From positions 3,348,001 to 3,412,000 of the forward strand of contig JBHGNT010000010.1 of assembly GCA_043228905.1 (NCBI GenBank): a stretch of 64,000 nt of DNA, in the 5' to 3' direction. This document shows, in pieces, positions 51,954 to 64,000 of the stretch. Both the position numbers and the translations under genes were made by a program. Numbering within the stretch: the stretch's first letter is position 1; each line of letters starts with the position of its first letter. A model generated the notes under the pieces. The model searched no databases. It was not told the DNA's origin and was given only the letters and a program-made list of their open reading frames with translations. The DNA is from Azolla caroliniana. Its lineage: Eukaryota; Plantae; Polypodiophyta.

Positions 51954-54900
51954 CTAAGATCTGAAAATCTCATGAAAATAATGGCTTTTGTATTATATAT
52001 TTGACTTTCTTTATTTGTGTTTCCTAACACCTTGTACACCTCAAGATCACTTGTAATTAATGTCTTTTTCCAGTCTATAGTTTTCCATGATCTCCTAGAC
52101 AACTTTTCTTATCTGAGCATAACTCGAGAGCATTCTCATGCAAGTCTTTTCATTAGTTGCCTTGTGTTTTATGAATTCTTTTTGTGTTGTGAGAAGTGAT
52201 ATCGAAAGTAGGCTCAAAGTGTGGTCCTATGGTAAATGTGAAGTACAGAAACACTAAAGAGTAGAGATTATCTCATCAAAGTTTGAGAAACAAAAAGGAT
52301 CCTTGTTATACCTCTAGTTGATCTTAGTATAACAAAGGCGCTTCCCTAACCTCTTCTTTTGTCACGCACCATGATGTGGACACTCTTACATATATCCACA
52401 TACTAATAGACAGTTTCCACAGCATTAAACATGCGAACATACAGTGTATATCAAGTCTGAACCTAGATTTTGGTTGGATATAAACCTTGTGGTGTCTTTG
52501 AGATGGTGAATAGCTGAATTGTGTTTTTGACGCAACAAATATATGGCAAGAGGAGTTGGTGCTTTCTTTTCACTAACAAGTAGCTTGTTTTGTTGGAATG
52601 TAAGGAGCTAACAATATAATTGAGAACCATGAAATGTTAAGTAGGTTCATGATAAATTCACATAGATTAATCTGGACTAGGTCTTTAGGGATGGGTGATG
52701 CGTCTAATAAATAGCTAATGACGTACTATGCCATGAAAACTTAGACTAGGCCTATTGAAACTTTTTGTTGTCAACATAATACAATTGGCAAAGTGATCAT
52801 ACCGAGGATGTTATATTGAATTTTCTGGAGATTTCTAGAGAATGCTTTGATTATCCAATGACTTGAACAAATGAATATTGACTATAGATTGGTCATAAAA
52901 ATGTTGACTTTGTTGATATTGACCATAAGAATGGCCTGTCATGGAATGTTTGTGACTTTTAAAATCCCCTTTCTTATTAGAGAAGCCTCAACTCCAACAA
53001 CCATCGGCATACTTTTATTTGCAAATGTACATGTCTACAATGATGATGGGGCATATATTTTAGAAGGCGCCCAAAATGCATAGATCTCCATTTTGTTTTG
53101 TCTTGCTATTTGCTTTAGACATTGTTAATTGTGAGTCCAATAGTTTGAATGTTTGATCTTAAGGAGCAACGTGATGCAATTTTGTATAAAGTACATCCAT
53201 TCTTGCCTTCCAAAACTTGTGTACCATATTATATGAACTTTGAAGAGTAGTAAATTCATTTTGACAAGATATTCATGTAAAAATTTCAAATATTTTCAAG
53301 TAGGTAACAAACAAATATTTTCTGCAAATTGAAGCTTTTTGAAGAGAATAGTTTTGGTTATATGGGTTGAGAAAAGCTAGAATTATATTCTATGTTTACA
53401 AAATAAGGTGACGAGAGATAAAATACTGTATTCAATTTCTGATAGAGAGTATAAAGTGATATTTGTAAAAAATTAAAGAGTACTACTAATGTTTCCCCTA
53501 ACACATCATTATTGTCACATCATCTCACTTTTATTAGCAAGTTTCATGAGGTGAAATTTCTTGTGTTTGTATATATTTAAGGTGGCAAAAAGAAGTTTCT
53601 TGTGTCATATCTTTAATTTTGAATTGGCAATGTAGAAGACTAAAACCAATTCTTCACGGAAACAAATAATTGAATGAATGTTAAAGGGTATTAAGACAAA
53701 GACCTTGTGGAAGGGTAGCAATAAATTGTATGTTTTGTACCCTTAATTTTGAAATTATAATGTAGAAGAGTAAACCAATTCTTAATGGAAACAAATCATT
53801 GAATGCTAAAGGGTATAACGACAAAGATCTTGAGAAAGGGCTTTGTCTTGAGAAAGGGTGTATGGTCTGTGTGTTCCCTTTCAAGAGATGTAAGAATCAA
53901 CTTTAGTATAGCGGTAAAGGTCTAGACATAGTTTTTGAGGTCAATAGGACTGCATGTATATTAGTTGGACAAGGTTATCGACATATAAACAAGACCTTGA
54001 GACCTCATCTTTTTCTAGTGGTGGCCTTGGTCATCATATGTCAGTGCTTTGCGCATGTAGTCATTGGTGTTATAGGATCCAAACCCTTGTGGTTTAATTT
54101 TGTATGTTAAGGAGTTTGTAAATGCGAGTAACTCCACCGTTACTATGGACTTTTGACATGGAAAACCTGTTAACCCTAAGACAAGTTGTCACACAAAAAA
54201 GATTGCACGAAGAAATAAAAAATTCGTCAATTGGAAATAAACCTACAAGGGGCACACCGCTCAATCATTAGGATGCCATGAAACATAAAAGAACCTAAGT
54301 TATTGTACCTTCCTTGTTAGTTAGGCAACAACGATATCATAGCCTTAATACATATAGGGATGAGCATCATCACATTGTTCCAACAAAATTGACTATGCTT
54401 TAGATCTCCAACACACCATTGATCCATAAGAATTTTTCTTGGTTTTAGTCACACTACCCATGTGCTAAAAGTTACTTTACACCCCTTGGTTTTCGGTGCA
54501 CCAAATGACTATTGAATGTAGGAAAAGCTCAAGGCACTGCTAGTAGCTCCTAACGTAGTTCCCTCCCCAAACAAGAATTCTTGCACCAAGTCTATTGGTG
54601 ACCTAGGACACACATTCATTTCAAGACCATGATTTCACAACAATTTAGCTTAGTGAACCCAAAAGAATTCAATAATAATAATAATATTATTATTATTAGT
54701 GGAGAAGTCTTAACAGTGAGTGGATAACCCTCAAAAGAAGTTACCATTTTGGAGCCCTCTCCAAGCTACTCCGCAAGCTTATTTAGGAAGTAAAAATCAA
54801 ACTCAAATAGATTGAAAAAATGGCAATGATGTGGGACAACACTACAAATTAAAGGTTGGAACAATGCCCAACCAACTACCACCAACATAGAACTCAACTC

Positions 54901-55551
54901 ATAAGGGAGATGAAGCATACTTAAAGATCTTGGAAAACCATCACAATACCACATCAAATGCATCTTTTGCAAGCTCACACTATAAAAGAAAGTTGACAAG
55001 AGCCACAAAGCGTACAATGAAAGAACTGGCCAATACTTGCATAGACTAACATAGTACAAGGGAAGTTGTAGTTAAGCATATGTTCAAGAGTCTCTCCTCA
55101 CTTCACGAGCTACCTTCAAGCATACCAAACCTCCAATAAAGGCATGTGTACGAGATTGAAGCAATATAATGAGGTTTTCAAGCAAGAAACGTCTTGTAGT
55201 ATCACTACTTAGTATTCTTCTTGAGAACCAACTCGAGGTTAGTGTGTAGGGACCTACCATCATCCACCCACCCTTTTGTGGGTGAGAGAGGGTGTCAATC
55301 TAAAATTTAAATTAATAACAATAATAATCTCTAAATGCGATCTGCAACTTAATCAAACATAGCTGACAAGACCTTTTACTTAAACACAAAGGAGACTTTA
55401 CAACGTTCCCACATGATTGTTAGAAGAATGAATGGACAAGAAGTCACGAGCTCAATTGAGTTTCCATATGTCCTCTTAAGTAATTAAAGCAATTGGGGAT
55501 ACGATTATTAGACTGTTAACTTACAATTAGGAGAATGGTTAAGGGGGGGGG

Positions 55552-56129
55552 GAGAGAGAGAAAGCGAAAGAAAAGAAAGAAAGAAAGATATATTAACGTA
55601 TTCTAAGACCAAAATTGGCCCATGAGATAATTGGTTACAAGTTACAACAAAATGGTAAGTGTACCCAATCATCGAAAGAAAAAACATAGATAAAAGAATT
55701 CTCTTATTGTACAAAAGGTGTCATGGTGTAACATATTCTACAAAGGAAATGGCTATGTGCTAGGCCTAGTTTCATTCCCATCCAAGTCTCTCGAAAAGGA
55801 GCGGGAGGTCAAAGGGTTTCAACGTGGGTGTGGCCCGTGGTCCCGATGTAAAAGGTACCCCCAACCATAGTTTCTAGGCGGCGTAACTCATGTTCCCTTG
55901 TCTTCTTAATTGCTTCTACACAATGAGTGACTTTGAGGCCCGACATCCGAGGGCATTTAATGTTCTTTGGTTTTCTGCTTTAACGAGGGAGAGGCCAAGT
56001 AGTGCAGGTGTGTCCATGCATATCATCCCCTCTTGTCCTTGAAAAAATTCATTGGTTACACGTTGATGAATATTAGAAAGGTTACATTAGCATTTTGTAG
56101 CGTATTCTCTCTATGTTGTTTTAGCTTTA
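55552..56129 (-). mobile_element. Short, more diverged 3' fragment of the RTE-X-like LINE
   Basis: (GAAA)n + GATATATTAACG tail; homologous to 30113-30702. Confidence 0.8.
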
Positions 56130-57790
56130 AGAGAGAGAAAGAAAGATATATTAACGTCTTCTAAGGCCAAAATTGGCCCATGAGACAAATGGTTTACAAC
56201 AAAAAATGGGATATTTACCCATTCATCGAAAGTAAAAAATAAAAATAAAAATAGAGTTTTAAGCTAAATAGTTCTAGTGAAATAAAATAACAAACACGTT
56301 CTACAATGAAAATGATGTTATACTAGGCCTAATTTCATTTCCATCCAAGTCTCTCGAAGAGAAGCGGGAGGTCAAAGGGTTTTGATGTGGATGTGGCCCG
56401 TGGTCCCAATGTAAAAGGTACCCCAACCATAGCTTCTAGTCAACGTAGCTCACGTTCCCTTATCTTCTCAATCCTTTCTACTCCGTGTCGACTTGTTTTG
56501 AAGCCCAACATCCGAGGGCGTTTGGTTGTTCTTTGTGTTTCGGCTTCCTCAAGAGAGAGGCCAAGCGGCGTAAGAGTATCCACATTCATCGTATCCCCTT
56601 GTTCCTAAAAAATTACACTAGTTACAAGTTGATGAATAGTAAAAGGGTTATGGTTAACACTTTGTAATTTATTCTCCCTATGTTGTTTTAGCTCTAAGAT
56701 ATACCTACCTAGTCTCTTTACATCTGGGGTATCTAATAGTTTGGAGAGGGTGGGAGAGAGTCCTAATATGTCTTGGTATTCCACTCGTATCTCAGCATAA
56801 GTTGGGCACTTGTATGTGAAGTGATACTCATCCTCTATCTCTATGTGGCACAACCTACATAGCCTTTCCTCCCTAGGGACTCTATTAGCCCGACCATTCT
56901 CAATCTCACATTGGTGAGATGATATCCTAAGTTGTCCAATGGCCACCCTTAGTGCATTTGATAATAATGTATCTAGATATATTGGTTGTGTAATAAAACC
57001 TAACTTAGAGAAGTGCAAGAAGTGTTCCTTATAGTACAACATTTTAGATGGGAGTGGCTCTCGTGGGGTGATCCATTTATATCGAGTGTAAATTTGCCAT
57101 ATTTCTTGGCGTATCACTTTATTACGGTCTTCATGAGATATTAGAGTTTGGTCAGTCCCATGGTTGTACTTAAGGGGGGGTAGGTTATTAATGTCTATGA
57201 CGTTTGCAAGGAACCAACTCACCACAATGTTATACCAAGAGCTAGTGTCTCTAGACGCATGTGGGGATCGAGATGCCTCAAAGGCTCGACGTGATATCCT
57301 ATCTTGTGGTTGGCTATGTATCCGATGAATAAAAACTACCACTTGAAATAGTGCTTCTACTAACATCGGGGGTAGACTGAACTCTGCTCTTATAATGTCA
57401 TGTGGTACTGTCGATTTGCTTCGGACTTGACGTGATAACATTGTCACCAAAGGTCTCTCTAATTGCGTCCACATTAAAGATGGTAGACCTGGAGCCCATA
57501 CTACTGATGCATACATGAGGGAAGGGGTCACTAATGAGTCAAAGAGCCATCCCTTAGTCTGTGGCTCTTGAAAGTATGCTTGGTGGCATTGTCTCTCTAA
57601 GAGTGAGAAGGATGCATACCGTCTCGTTAGCCTATCTTTGGCTGCCTGGGTCATCGAGAATTTACCTGAGCGAGCACTAAAAGTGACTCCCAAGTATACA
57701 TATGATCCAACTACCTCAACTAGTTTATGAGAGAGGATTATGTGACATTTACTCCTAACTCGAGACGATGTATGAAAGATAAGGAGCTTT
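56130..57790 (-). mobile_element. 5'-truncated copy of the RTE-X-like LINE (362-aa remnant ORF 56605-57693)
   Basis: Closely matches 30120-31797 in both nucleotide and protein sequence, with a premature stop at 56605-56607. Confidence 0.9.
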
Positions 57791-57899
57791 AGCTTTAGTT
57801 CTAGGGAGTATGTTAGAATGAGAAAGGTCCCTCATGCAATGTTTATACTTTTATCTTCATTCAACTAATTTACAGTTATTTCTCTTTCTCTGCATATCT

Positions 57900-58230
57900 C
57901 TTTTACAATTTTCTTTTCTTGTTTTATTATTATCATAATTAGCTTACCCTAGTGGTAAGTTGTTACACCACAAACATTTGAAACCCAAATTTCTCAACTA
58001 AATTACAATTTACAAGTATATCTCTTTACACCCGGAGGATATAAAGGTTTATAAATATTATATTTATATCTAATTTACAATTTTCATTTCTCTTTTTTTA
58101 TCGTAATTAGCTTACCCTAGTGGTAAGTTAGTTGTTACAATTTTCTTTTCTTGTTTTATTATTATCATAATTAGCGTACCCTACTTGGTAAGTTGTTACA
58201 CTACAAGCATTTGAAACCCAATTTTCTCAT
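57900..58230 (+). repeat. Local tandem duplications (~60-95 bp units)
   Basis: TTACAATTTTC...TAATTAGCTTACCCTAGTGGTAAGTT occurs three times. Confidence 0.75.
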
Positions 58231-58309
58231 CTCTCTATTACTTTACACATAGCTTTTGGTCTTCGTTCGGCAACCTTACCAACTGAGCTACATCCATCTA
58301 GGCAAATGT

Positions 58310-58364
<55 letters not shown>

Positions 58365-58418
58365 ATATTGGTAGGGTCAATAACTGCTCCGAGTAATCGT
58401 AGGTGTATATATGTTGTG

Positions 58419-58459
<41 letters not shown>

Positions 58460-58789
58460 GGGTGTTTATTCGAGCAAAAATTATAGGTGTGGGCATTTCT
58501 TCGGCCAAGAAGACAACAAAGGTATCGAACTCGGTCCCATGGGTTAACACCCAATTAAGTGTTAAAGACCACACTCTAAAACCTTGAAAACCTTGAAAAC
58601 TTTAACACTTAAACCCTAAACCCCAAACCCTAACTCTAAACCTCTGTTTCGTTTGTTTGTTTTTGTTTCGGTTGTATTCTGCAGGCAGGAAAATTATGAG
58701 AAGCATGAGATTCACCAGGCTTGTCCCTACCAGACCTAGCCCTCCTGCTCATTTCTCTTTTTGCAGAGGTATCTCGAAGGAGACAACAT

Positions 58790-61312
58790 ATGCAAATGGC
58801 TTATGTTCCTACAACTGTTCACAAATGGAATACCATCATCTCAAACCTTGCCAAGAATGGCCAGGGTAAAAAAGCTCTCCATCTATACCATGAAATGCTC
58901 CAACATGGCTTCATCCCAGACAAAGGTACATATCTTTATGCCTTAAAATCTTGTATATCCATCAAAGACCTCACCCATGGTAGACTCATCCATGAACACA
59001 TCATCAAGCACAGGCTTGAATGTGATGTTATTGTTGGAAGTACCCTCGTCGATATGTATGCAAAATGTGGTCACATTGATTTAGCTCATTCAGTTTTTGT
59101 TAAGCTCGAACATCGGAATGTTGTATCTTGGAGCGCTATGATTCTTGGTTATGTGAATTGTGGGCAATGTCTTGTTGCCTTGGAGTTGTTTGAGAAGATG
59201 AAGGAAGAAGGAATAAACCCCGACCGTGTTGTGTTTTTGTGTATATTGAAAGCATGTTGTGGTTTGGATTCAATAAGGTATGGTAGATTGATACATGAAC
59301 AGATTATAGTGAATAGCTTTGAGTCTGACGTTGCTGTAGGGAGTAGCCTTGTGGACTTCTATGCCAAATGTGGTAGCTTAGAGGAGGGTCGCAATGTGTT
59401 TGACAAACTGCCAAATCGAAATGTGGTCACATGGAGTACTCTAATCATGGGATATGCAAATCATGAACATGATATGATGGTATTTGAACTTTTTGAGAAG
59501 ATGCAAAAGCATGGTGTAAAACCTGGCCGGGTTGCTTTTCTCTCTATCCTCAAGGTATGCGGGAATATGAATGCTATTGGATGTGGTCGATTAGTCCATG
59601 ACCATGTGGTAAAAGGATCTTTAGATGCAGATCTAAGTATTGGAAGCACACTTATTGATATGTATGGGAAATGTGGTAGTTTATTGGAGGCAAGGAATGT
59701 GTTTGATGCCTTCTCACAAAAATCAGTGTTCTCGTATGGTGCAATGATGACTGGATATGCTCAACATGGCCAAGGACTTTTGGCTCTTGATCTTTATGAA
59801 AGAATGCAAAAACAAGGCATAAAGCCTGACAGGGTCATATTCATAGCAATTCTAATTGCATGTGCCAATGCACATGCCCTGGATCAAGGAAAACTGATTC
59901 ATTATGAACTTATTGGGAGCACACTTGAATTGGATGCTAGTGTGGGCACAGCACTCATAGACATGTATGTGAAATGTGGATCTGTGGATGAGGCATTGGA
60001 AGTCTTCAAGAAGTTGCCTATTCGAGATAAGGTGATGTGGAATACATTGCTAAATGGTCTTTTAGAACATGCACGTGAATGTTCTGTTTTTCAGCTTTTT
60101 AAGGATATGCAACAAGATGGTATTGAACCAGACATTCCATTGTTTTTATGTCTTCTCAAAACTTGTGCGAGCACAAGAGTATTGATGGAAGGAAGGCTGA
60201 TACACCGGCAAATTATTACCTCTGGGTTCCATTCAGATATGGCTATAAGGGCTGGCCTTGTGGATATGTATGCAAAATCAGCAAGCATGGATGATGCACA
60301 AAATCTCTTCAATGTGTCTTTTGAACAAAATGTAGTGCCATGGGGTGCGATGATTGCAGGCCATGCACAATATTCACAAGGTTTCCTTGCATTAGAGCTA
60401 TATGGAAAAATGTTACAAGAGGGCCTCAAGCCGGAGGATGTGACTTTTGTTTGTGCTCTAAAGGCATGTTGTAGTGCTGGAGCCTTAGAACAGGGCAAGT
60501 TAATACATGCTCAAGTTATAGAAAGAGGACTTCAATCGGATATTATTATTGGAAATACTCTTGTTGATTTCTATGCAAAATGCTCCAGGCTTAAAGAAGC
60601 TCAAAAGGTCTTCAATACCTTATCGAATCAAGATGTAGTGTCGTGGGGTGCATTGATTGCAGGATATGCCAAGGGTGGAAATCACAAGTTAGCAAAGCAG
60701 TGTCTGGATGCTATGAAGCAAGAAGGATTAAAACCTGATACTGTAGTTTTTACTAGTGTTTTGAGTTCTTTTAGCCATGGTGGCTTGATCGAGGAGGGTC
60801 AACATTATTTGGAAGCAATGACAAAAGAGTTTGGGATTAGACCTGGTGTTGAACATTATAACTGCATTATTGACATTCTTGGTCGATCAGGTCGGTTAAA
60901 AGAAGCGCAAGCTTTCCTTGAGGGAATGCCAATCTCACCGAATATTATCAGTTGGATGTCTTTGCTTACTGGTTGCCGAACATATGGGGATATGGGCCTA
61001 GCGATGTTGTGTCTAGATGAGATTGTCAGGTTAGATCCAGAGAAAGCTTCTAGTTATGTGATGATGTCAGGTATGTATGCTGATGTTCACAAATGGGATG
61101 AGGTGCAAAAGCTTCAAGAAATGAAAAAGTGTGCTTCAGCATGGAAGGAACCTGGAAAAGCTTGGATCGAGATAAATCATAGAGTACATGAGTTTTTTGT
61201 GGGAGATGAAAATCAAGCATTGAGCATAGAGATGTATGCCAAGCTAAATAGAATAGGGAAGATTGCGACGGGTGAAGGATCGGTTCCACAAATTAACATG
61301 ATCATGGTGTGA
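58790..61312 (+). CDS. PLS-class pentatricopeptide repeat protein with E/E+ C-terminus and no DYW domain (~840 aa); putative organellar RNA-editing factor
   Basis: Single long ORF with first ATG at 58790 (a possible acceptor at 58766 suggests an upstream exon). Repeated P-L-S triplets (VGSTLVDMYAKCG, NVVSWSAMILGY); E domain SWMSLLTGC..YG; PG box WKEPGKAWIEINHRVHEFFVGD. Confidence 0.93.
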   Translation: MQMAYVPTTVHKWNTIISNLAKNGQGKKALHLYHEMLQHGFIPDKGTYLYALKSCISIKDLTHGRLIHEHIIKHRLECDVIVGSTLVDMYAKCGHIDLAHSVFVKLEHRNVVSWSAMILGYVNCGQCLVALELFEKMKEEGINPDRVVFLCILKACCGLDSIRYGRLIHEQIIVNSFESDVAVGSSLVDFYAKCGSLEEGRNVFDKLPNRNVVTWSTLIMGYANHEHDMMVFELFEKMQKHGVKPGRVAFLSILKVCGNMNAIGCGRLVHDHVVKGSLDADLSIGSTLIDMYGKCGSLLEARNVFDAFSQKSVFSYGAMMTGYAQHGQGLLALDLYERMQKQGIKPDRVIFIAILIACANAHALDQGKLIHYELIGSTLELDASVGTALIDMYVKCGSVDEALEVFKKLPIRDKVMWNTLLNGLLEHARECSVFQLFKDMQQDGIEPDIPLFLCLLKTCASTRVLMEGRLIHRQIITSGFHSDMAIRAGLVDMYAKSASMDDAQNLFNVSFEQNVVPWGAMIAGHAQYSQGFLALELYGKMLQEGLKPEDVTFVCALKACCSAGALEQGKLIHAQVIERGLQSDIIIGNTLVDFYAKCSRLKEAQKVFNTLSNQDVVSWGALIAGYAKGGNHKLAKQCLDAMKQEGLKPDTVVFTSVLSSFSHGGLIEEGQHYLEAMTKEFGIRPGVEHYNCIIDILGRSGRLKEAQAFLEGMPISPNIISWMSLLTGCRTYGDMGLAMLCLDEIVRLDPEKASSYVMMSGMYADVHKWDEVQKLQEMKKCASAWKEPGKAWIEINHRVHEFFVGDENQALSIEMYAKLNRIGKIATGEGSVPQINMIMV

Positions 61313-63404
61313 AGAACATAAGAAGGCATCAATTTGTATATTATTGATAAATTGAGCCAGTACAGAGAACAGATTTTGCAAAGATTCTTTCTGTGTTTGG
61401 CCCCTATGTAACCGTTATCCATGCACATCTTTTTTTGCAACTATTTATCAATGCCCGTGAAAGGATGTACTCATAGGTATTGATTTTATTTGTTGATGGT
61501 ATTGATGCCTCCATCCATGCAATGTGTTCTTATTCCATGGAAGGAAATCTTTGAATTTTTTTCACAAAGGCATGAGAGAATATACTTTTGCCATCCTGCC
61601 AACTTGTATATTTATTGATTATTGAGTATGAAGGATAAATATCCTTTTCAAAAGTTCTCTCTGTTTTCGGTCCATTGCAAGTAAGTATTGGCGTTTCCTC
61701 AATGCATTGAGTATACTTGCTTCATACTTCAAAAATGTCAGGTAAGATATTTCAGAAACTTTGGTTGGCAATAGGAATGTCAAATTACATTGCAAAAAAT
61801 CCATAGAACTTCTAGAAGAGCATCGATGCGATAAAATGATTGAAGAGGTCCTCTCAGGTCATGCAATGTAAAAATTTCTTATCGGCATACTATAGTGCAA
61901 ATTGGAGACCAAATGACAATTTCATGCATTAAGGACTCAATTGATTTTCAGTCTCAAGAACCAATTGGAGATTTAAAAATAATTGTACACTTAAACTTTA
62001 CTGATTAATTCTTAGGTGGATTATGGCCAGGAAAAATTTACAATCTGGCATGTAATATGAAAGTTTCTATCCCTAGGCTAGGCCACATACTCCAACTTGC
62101 AGGAGCCCACGGACTCATGGTAGTGAGGATTGAGTTTCTACCCTAGGCCAGGCTTCTCTGAACTTGTTGCATTACACAATAACTTTTTTTGAGGATTACA
62201 TAGAAGCAAAACATTCAAGATTGTCCATTAGAGGACCAAAGGATTGGTATTGCAAACCAACAAGTTTGAATCAGTATCTTAGGCTTATCTTTATGAGACT
62301 TCGTGGAGAAATCAACTAGTAAAGAGAAACCAAATTGATTAGATCTTACTTAGCAATTACTAGTTAATTATTACTTATCTCACCGTCCTCATCGTATGGG
62401 ATGTGATGCGTGGAATTGTGCATTTTCCACTTTCCATTTTTTGCCACTTCAATGTCGAAGGTAGGGCACCAAAAATGTTGCGTTCCACTCGGAAATACTC
62501 AAAATTTGATACAACCTAGTGTAGTATGCTTCTTATCTAATAGGAAATGAGAGAATTTACATGTCATTGAATGTGTCACATCAATTGCTTTAGCTCAAGA
62601 ATTGCAATGCTTCTTCGAGCAATTTGTTTGCATTGCAACTCACTTGATGTCGTTTTTATTTTAATTTCAATGGAGTCAAGGTGACTTTGCTTTTCACCTT
62701 TCTTGAGTCCTATTTTGGATTGATTCCCATGTGTTTCCATGATTGGTTTGGGGCAAAAAAAACAAGAAACCATATTGTCTCGACATGGGGTGTTCACATG
62801 GGGTGTTCTTGATTGCGAGACAAACTAATCACTTTTCTTGCTTCCACTGGTAGACATATTTTTTATAGGTAAACTTAGATTGCAATATCTAAGTGATGGT
62901 GATTAGTGAGGATAAGAGAGACTATGTCAGTCACAGTAACCATCATCTAGCTCTTTCGACAAAACCATTTCCTTAAAATTGAGATCATGGGCTTAAACTT
63001 GTCTCCTTTATGGAAACATATTGATATATTTTAAACAAGAAGAAGAATTAATGTTGATTCGTAAAACAAAACAAAAGAAGGAAATGGAACTTTTAAACAA
63101 TATCAAATATACTTGGTATTCTCAAAAGAACTAGCCAACCAATACATCTTGAAAATGGTTTATATTTGCTTAAATTTGAAATCTAAATGTAAACATTAAT
63201 AAAGATACCATCACTCCTTTGGGATTCAAGTAGATAAAGTGAAGGATACCATGTAGAAAGGCAACTTTCCAAAACAATGTAACCTGCACATAAGAATGAT
63301 GCCAAAATATTTTCATGACATCATGGACAATGTTCTCTAAGTTGTTAGAATGACCCAAATACATACATACAAGATTTGTCTAACACTTTTGACTTATTGA
63401 CTTA

Positions 63405-63770
63405 ACTCAATTACCTCCATGTGGACATGAGCTCTTCTAATATACTAGAGTTGAGGCTCCAATCATTGGTGTGTTTCCATGCATTGTTTTTACTACGTGT
63501 GTTTCCATGTGTAGCTTTTCATATAACTTCTAAGATGTGTTTCCCATGTACACACACTTCCCAACCTTGTACATCAATTGTGAATGCATACAATGTTTGT
63601 CCCAACACTTCTAATTTAGGAAATTGTCTCAATTACTCCATGTGGACTTGAGCTCCTCATCCATCTAATATAATTAGTCATTGGTGGGATTCCACACATT
63701 GTCTTTGCTACATCTGTTTCTAGGTGTAGGTTCCCACATAAGTTCTACGTTGTATTTACCATGTACACAT
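63405..63770 (+). repeat. Diverged ~220-bp-period tandem duplication
   Basis: CTCCATGTGGAC.TGAGCTC...TCATTGGTG...CCATGTACACA at ~63415-63555 and ~63636-63769. Confidence 0.6.
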
Positions 63771-64000
63771 TGTACAATGATTGCCAATACTCACATTCTC
63801 TGTAATGTAAACTTGGCATGACATGAAATGGCAGCTATGTAGCATATTATAGAACGAGGAATATAGAAAACATTTGTAAGGGTTATTTCCAAGATATGCC
63901 ACAATGTGGGTGATCACGCAACAACATATTCTCACATGCTTCTTCTACTAATCTACATCTTCATGCGGGCATTTCAAGACATCAATGTGCATCCACTTCA

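Overview
Eukaryotic nuclear DNA from a seed-free land plant, most likely a fern (inferred from the PLS-class PPR style, the RTE-X-like LINEs and the non-chromoviral Gypsy). The left ~34 kb is a retroelement stack. It holds two tandem L1 3' fragments and a 7.1-kb decayed L1 LINE (3064-10182, 11-bp TSD) inserted in a PPR pseudogene and carrying MAPK and PPR gene fragments before its poly(A). It also holds a very young Ty1/Copia (11804-17258), a Ty3/Gypsy (17274-25081; tRNA-Trp PBS, 4-bp TSD, nested solo LTR) and a 5'-truncated but open RTE-X-like LINE (minus strand). The right half has four intact + strand genes: NAT11/12-like nucleobase-ascorbate transporter (10 exons), RPA1 with a C-terminal CCHC knuckle (2 exons), F-box SKIP5-like (5 exons) and a PLS-E+ PPR protein, plus two more RTE-X fragments. 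Most notable observations: (i) both LTR elements sit about 10 bp apart inside one arm of a ~37-bp-arm hairpin that only appears when they are removed; (ii) a dianthovirus-type G GAU UUU UAG -1 frameshift signal between Gypsy protease and RT; (iii) LINE-borne cargo including an apparently intron-less MAPK fragment; (iv) telomere-repeat filler at an internal LINE deletion; (v) a PPR with a KP-like PG box. All calls are by eye from sequence and motif memory; no searches were run.
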